DNA of 64,000 nucleotides, from positions 39,791,091 to 39,855,090 of the forward strand of contig NC_052164.1 of the NCBI RefSeq assembly GCF_902713615.1, given 5' to 3'. How positions within the stretch are numbered: position 1 is the first letter of the stretch; every line of letters begins with the position of its first letter. The notes under the pieces were generated by a model. That model saw only the letters and a program-made list of their open reading frames with translations, was not told the origin of the DNA and made no database searches. The DNA comes from Scyliorhinus canicula (lineage: Eukaryota). The translations under genes and the position numbers were made by a program. This document shows positions 61,678 to 64,000 of this stretch, in pieces.

Positions 61678-63004
61678 GTAGGTGTACACAATGCAACCAG
61701 CGCTACTTAGAGCGATGGAACGTGTCAGCGTTTCGAAACGAGGAGGTAATGTGACAGGAAAGACGAAATGTTGACCCGTTCAGTTTGGACCTTGTTTCAA
61801 GTATTCGTTTAGTCTTTCGTTGGTTTAGGTACGTTTTACGGTACCTGTTTTAAAATAGCTAGAAAGCTCGATTTGTTTGTGTGTATGTTAACTTGGCGAA
61901 AGAGACAATGGGGTAAGTGACCCCGAGTATTTTCGGGCTTTTTGACCTTGATGTGAATACGAATTTAAAAGCAACGTACAGTAAGCAGCTCCCCAATCAA
62001 CCGCAGTATCTTTTCAGGGTGTAACTATTTAGTTGAACTGGGTAATCCAATCTATTTTATGCAGCTAACTGATGCAGTTCCACATATTAAGCTTACAAAA
62101 ACCAAAACTAAAGCTCATTCAATTATTCAAAAACCACTCACCAGGCGAAAACTGATCCAACAACGGAAAGATAGAAAATCGATAATAAGTGGGAAAGTAG
62201 TTAGGAGCAGCTATGGGACGGAGTTCTGGAACCTTGATCTCTGCTCTTCACGTTAGGTGAATGATATCGAGGGGACCATTTTGACTGACATCAGCGTAGC
62301 TGCTGAATTTAAATGATATCTTCACATCAATAAGGATTGCACTTGGGAAGTAATGAATTGTCGGCGATGCATTTTGGATGATGCTCTACAGACGGAATAA
62401 GCTGCTAACTGCATCCAAGTTGTTGATTTCTTTGGCCGGCGATGAACATAAAAGGGATTTGCAGGATTCAAAGAGTTACGGATCAATTACTTGGGTGGGA
62501 AAGGTAATGACAGACGGATTTTAACCCTTCAGATGTTAACAATAAGAGTGCCTACTCTGCCAAAACTATTAACAAACGACTGATAATGTGGCGTGGTAAG
62601 CTCGCTATTGTGATAATGAAACTATCATATGTTCGATCGATTGTTTTAACGATGTGATGTTCAACTGCAATGCAACCAGTTCAATAGCTGGCAAGGCGTG
62701 CCTCTGAATAAAAGCACAATACTGCGGGTGCTGGATCTGAAATAAAAACAGAAAATGCTGGAAAAACACATTAAGTCTGGCAGCATTAATATTTGGAGTC
62801 TAATATGACTCTTGCAAAAGGAGATTGAAATTTATCAAAATGGGTCATCAGAGTGTGGAGCAAGGTCCGCACAGCATTTACACATACATAGTAATGAATA
62901 ATTCGACAAAATGTATGAAATATTAATTAGAAATCATGTAACAAGGTTTCGCTTTAGGTTAACATGCAAGTTCAACAAAGTTTAGAAGGATGAGTGAAGT
63001 TCTT

Positions 63005-63350
63005 GTCAAAACTTACAGAATACTGAGAGGCCTAGATAGAGTGGACATGGAGAGGGTGTTTCCACTGGGAGGGAAACTGGAGCCCGAGGGCACAGCCTCA
63101 GACTGACAGGACGAGCCTTTAAAACTGAGATGAGGAGCAGTTTCTTCAGCCAGAGGGTGGTGAAACTGTGGAACCCATTGTTGCAGAAGGCTGTGGAGGC
63201 CAAGTCATTGAGTGTCTTTAAGTCAAAGATAGATAGGTTATTGAATAATAAGGGGATCAGCCCGCTATCGGGAGAAGGCAGGAAAATGGTGATGAGATAC
63301 ATAGGCCAGCCAAATGGCTTGATTTTCCTCCTACATCTATGGTCTTATGT
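63005..63350 (+). mobile_element. CR1 3' end in GH intron 4
   Basis: MRSSFFSQRVVKLWNPL..KIDRLL and CR1 tail. Confidence 0.8.
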
Positions 63351-64000
63351 TATTAAAATAGTGAGAAGGAATGAAGAGGAAAAAGGAAATAAATTACATT
63401 TTGAAGAATCTTTCCATAGTAAATCAAATGGAATGGTTGAAATCCATAAGCAAATCTGTGCAAGTAATGAACTCAATCGTTTATTTTCTCCCTATGATTT
63501 TATATAAGCCTGATCTATTCCTAGGGCTAGTTTCCAAGGATACTCTTACTTAAAAGATATCCATGAATTTATCTGCCTCATCAAGCCATTTACTTATTCA
63601 TTGTTACAATACCTCTCACTTGTATAACATTACACGTGGAAGAAAAGATAGCACATGTCAGAAGGTTCATTCAGGCAACTGCATAAACAATAATTACAAA
63701 ATGTTAGCTTTCATCTGAATCCCAGGATTCATAATATTCTTGACCAATGCTCCATGTGCTACTCTTATAACATACAGAAGTGGAGCTAATATGATGGTTT
63801 TGGTCTAACTTTAGAATTTACTTTCCAGAAATGTGTCGCATGGCAATAAACGTGGAAGCCACTGCCAATTAATCAGTTGATTTTACTCAAATAAAATTGC
63901 AAAGGATAAATTGAAGAAACATTGTTCCATATGATGTAATTAGCAAGCTTTTGTTTTGCTTCATATTGCACAGTCAGAATCAATATATACCTACACAGAA

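Noticed and set aside
61678-64000. GH exon 5 (..CFKKDMHKVETYL..)
   Set aside because: No matching sequence found; presumably beyond the window, so the gene is not called a pseudogene.

Overview
Vertebrate genomic DNA, almost certainly from a shark; the growth hormone sequence and the HE1-SINE/CR1/Penelope repeat content suggest a catshark-like species (inference). The window spans the conserved CD79B->GH locus on the + strand. It contains the last two coding exons of CD79B (Ig-beta ITAM; 1792-1842, 6986-7081), a ~52 kb transposon-packed spacer, and the promoter and exons 1-4 of growth hormone (59563-61677; exon 5 is not in the window). The spacer holds one apparently intact full-length L1-clade LINE (17-bp TSD, head-to-head with GH) and two decayed relatives. 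It also holds a young Penelope element with 637-bp inverted arms, each carrying a minimal hammerhead ribozyme motif, a decayed two-gene PIF/Harbinger transposon, GC-rich Harbinger-type MITEs, a Buster-type hAT, several solo LTRs, many CR1 fragments and tRNA-derived SINEs. The least explained observations are these: (1) a ~650-bp piece of GH intron 1 (335 bp of flank plus an HE1 SINE) copied in inverted orientation 31 kb upstream; (2) a splice-acceptor-like sequence just before the GH start codon; (3) CpG retention over the GH gene body; (4) a palindromic NRF1/CRE cassette carried by a MITE inside CD79B. No wholly new gene system can be supported. All calls were made by eye, without database searches.
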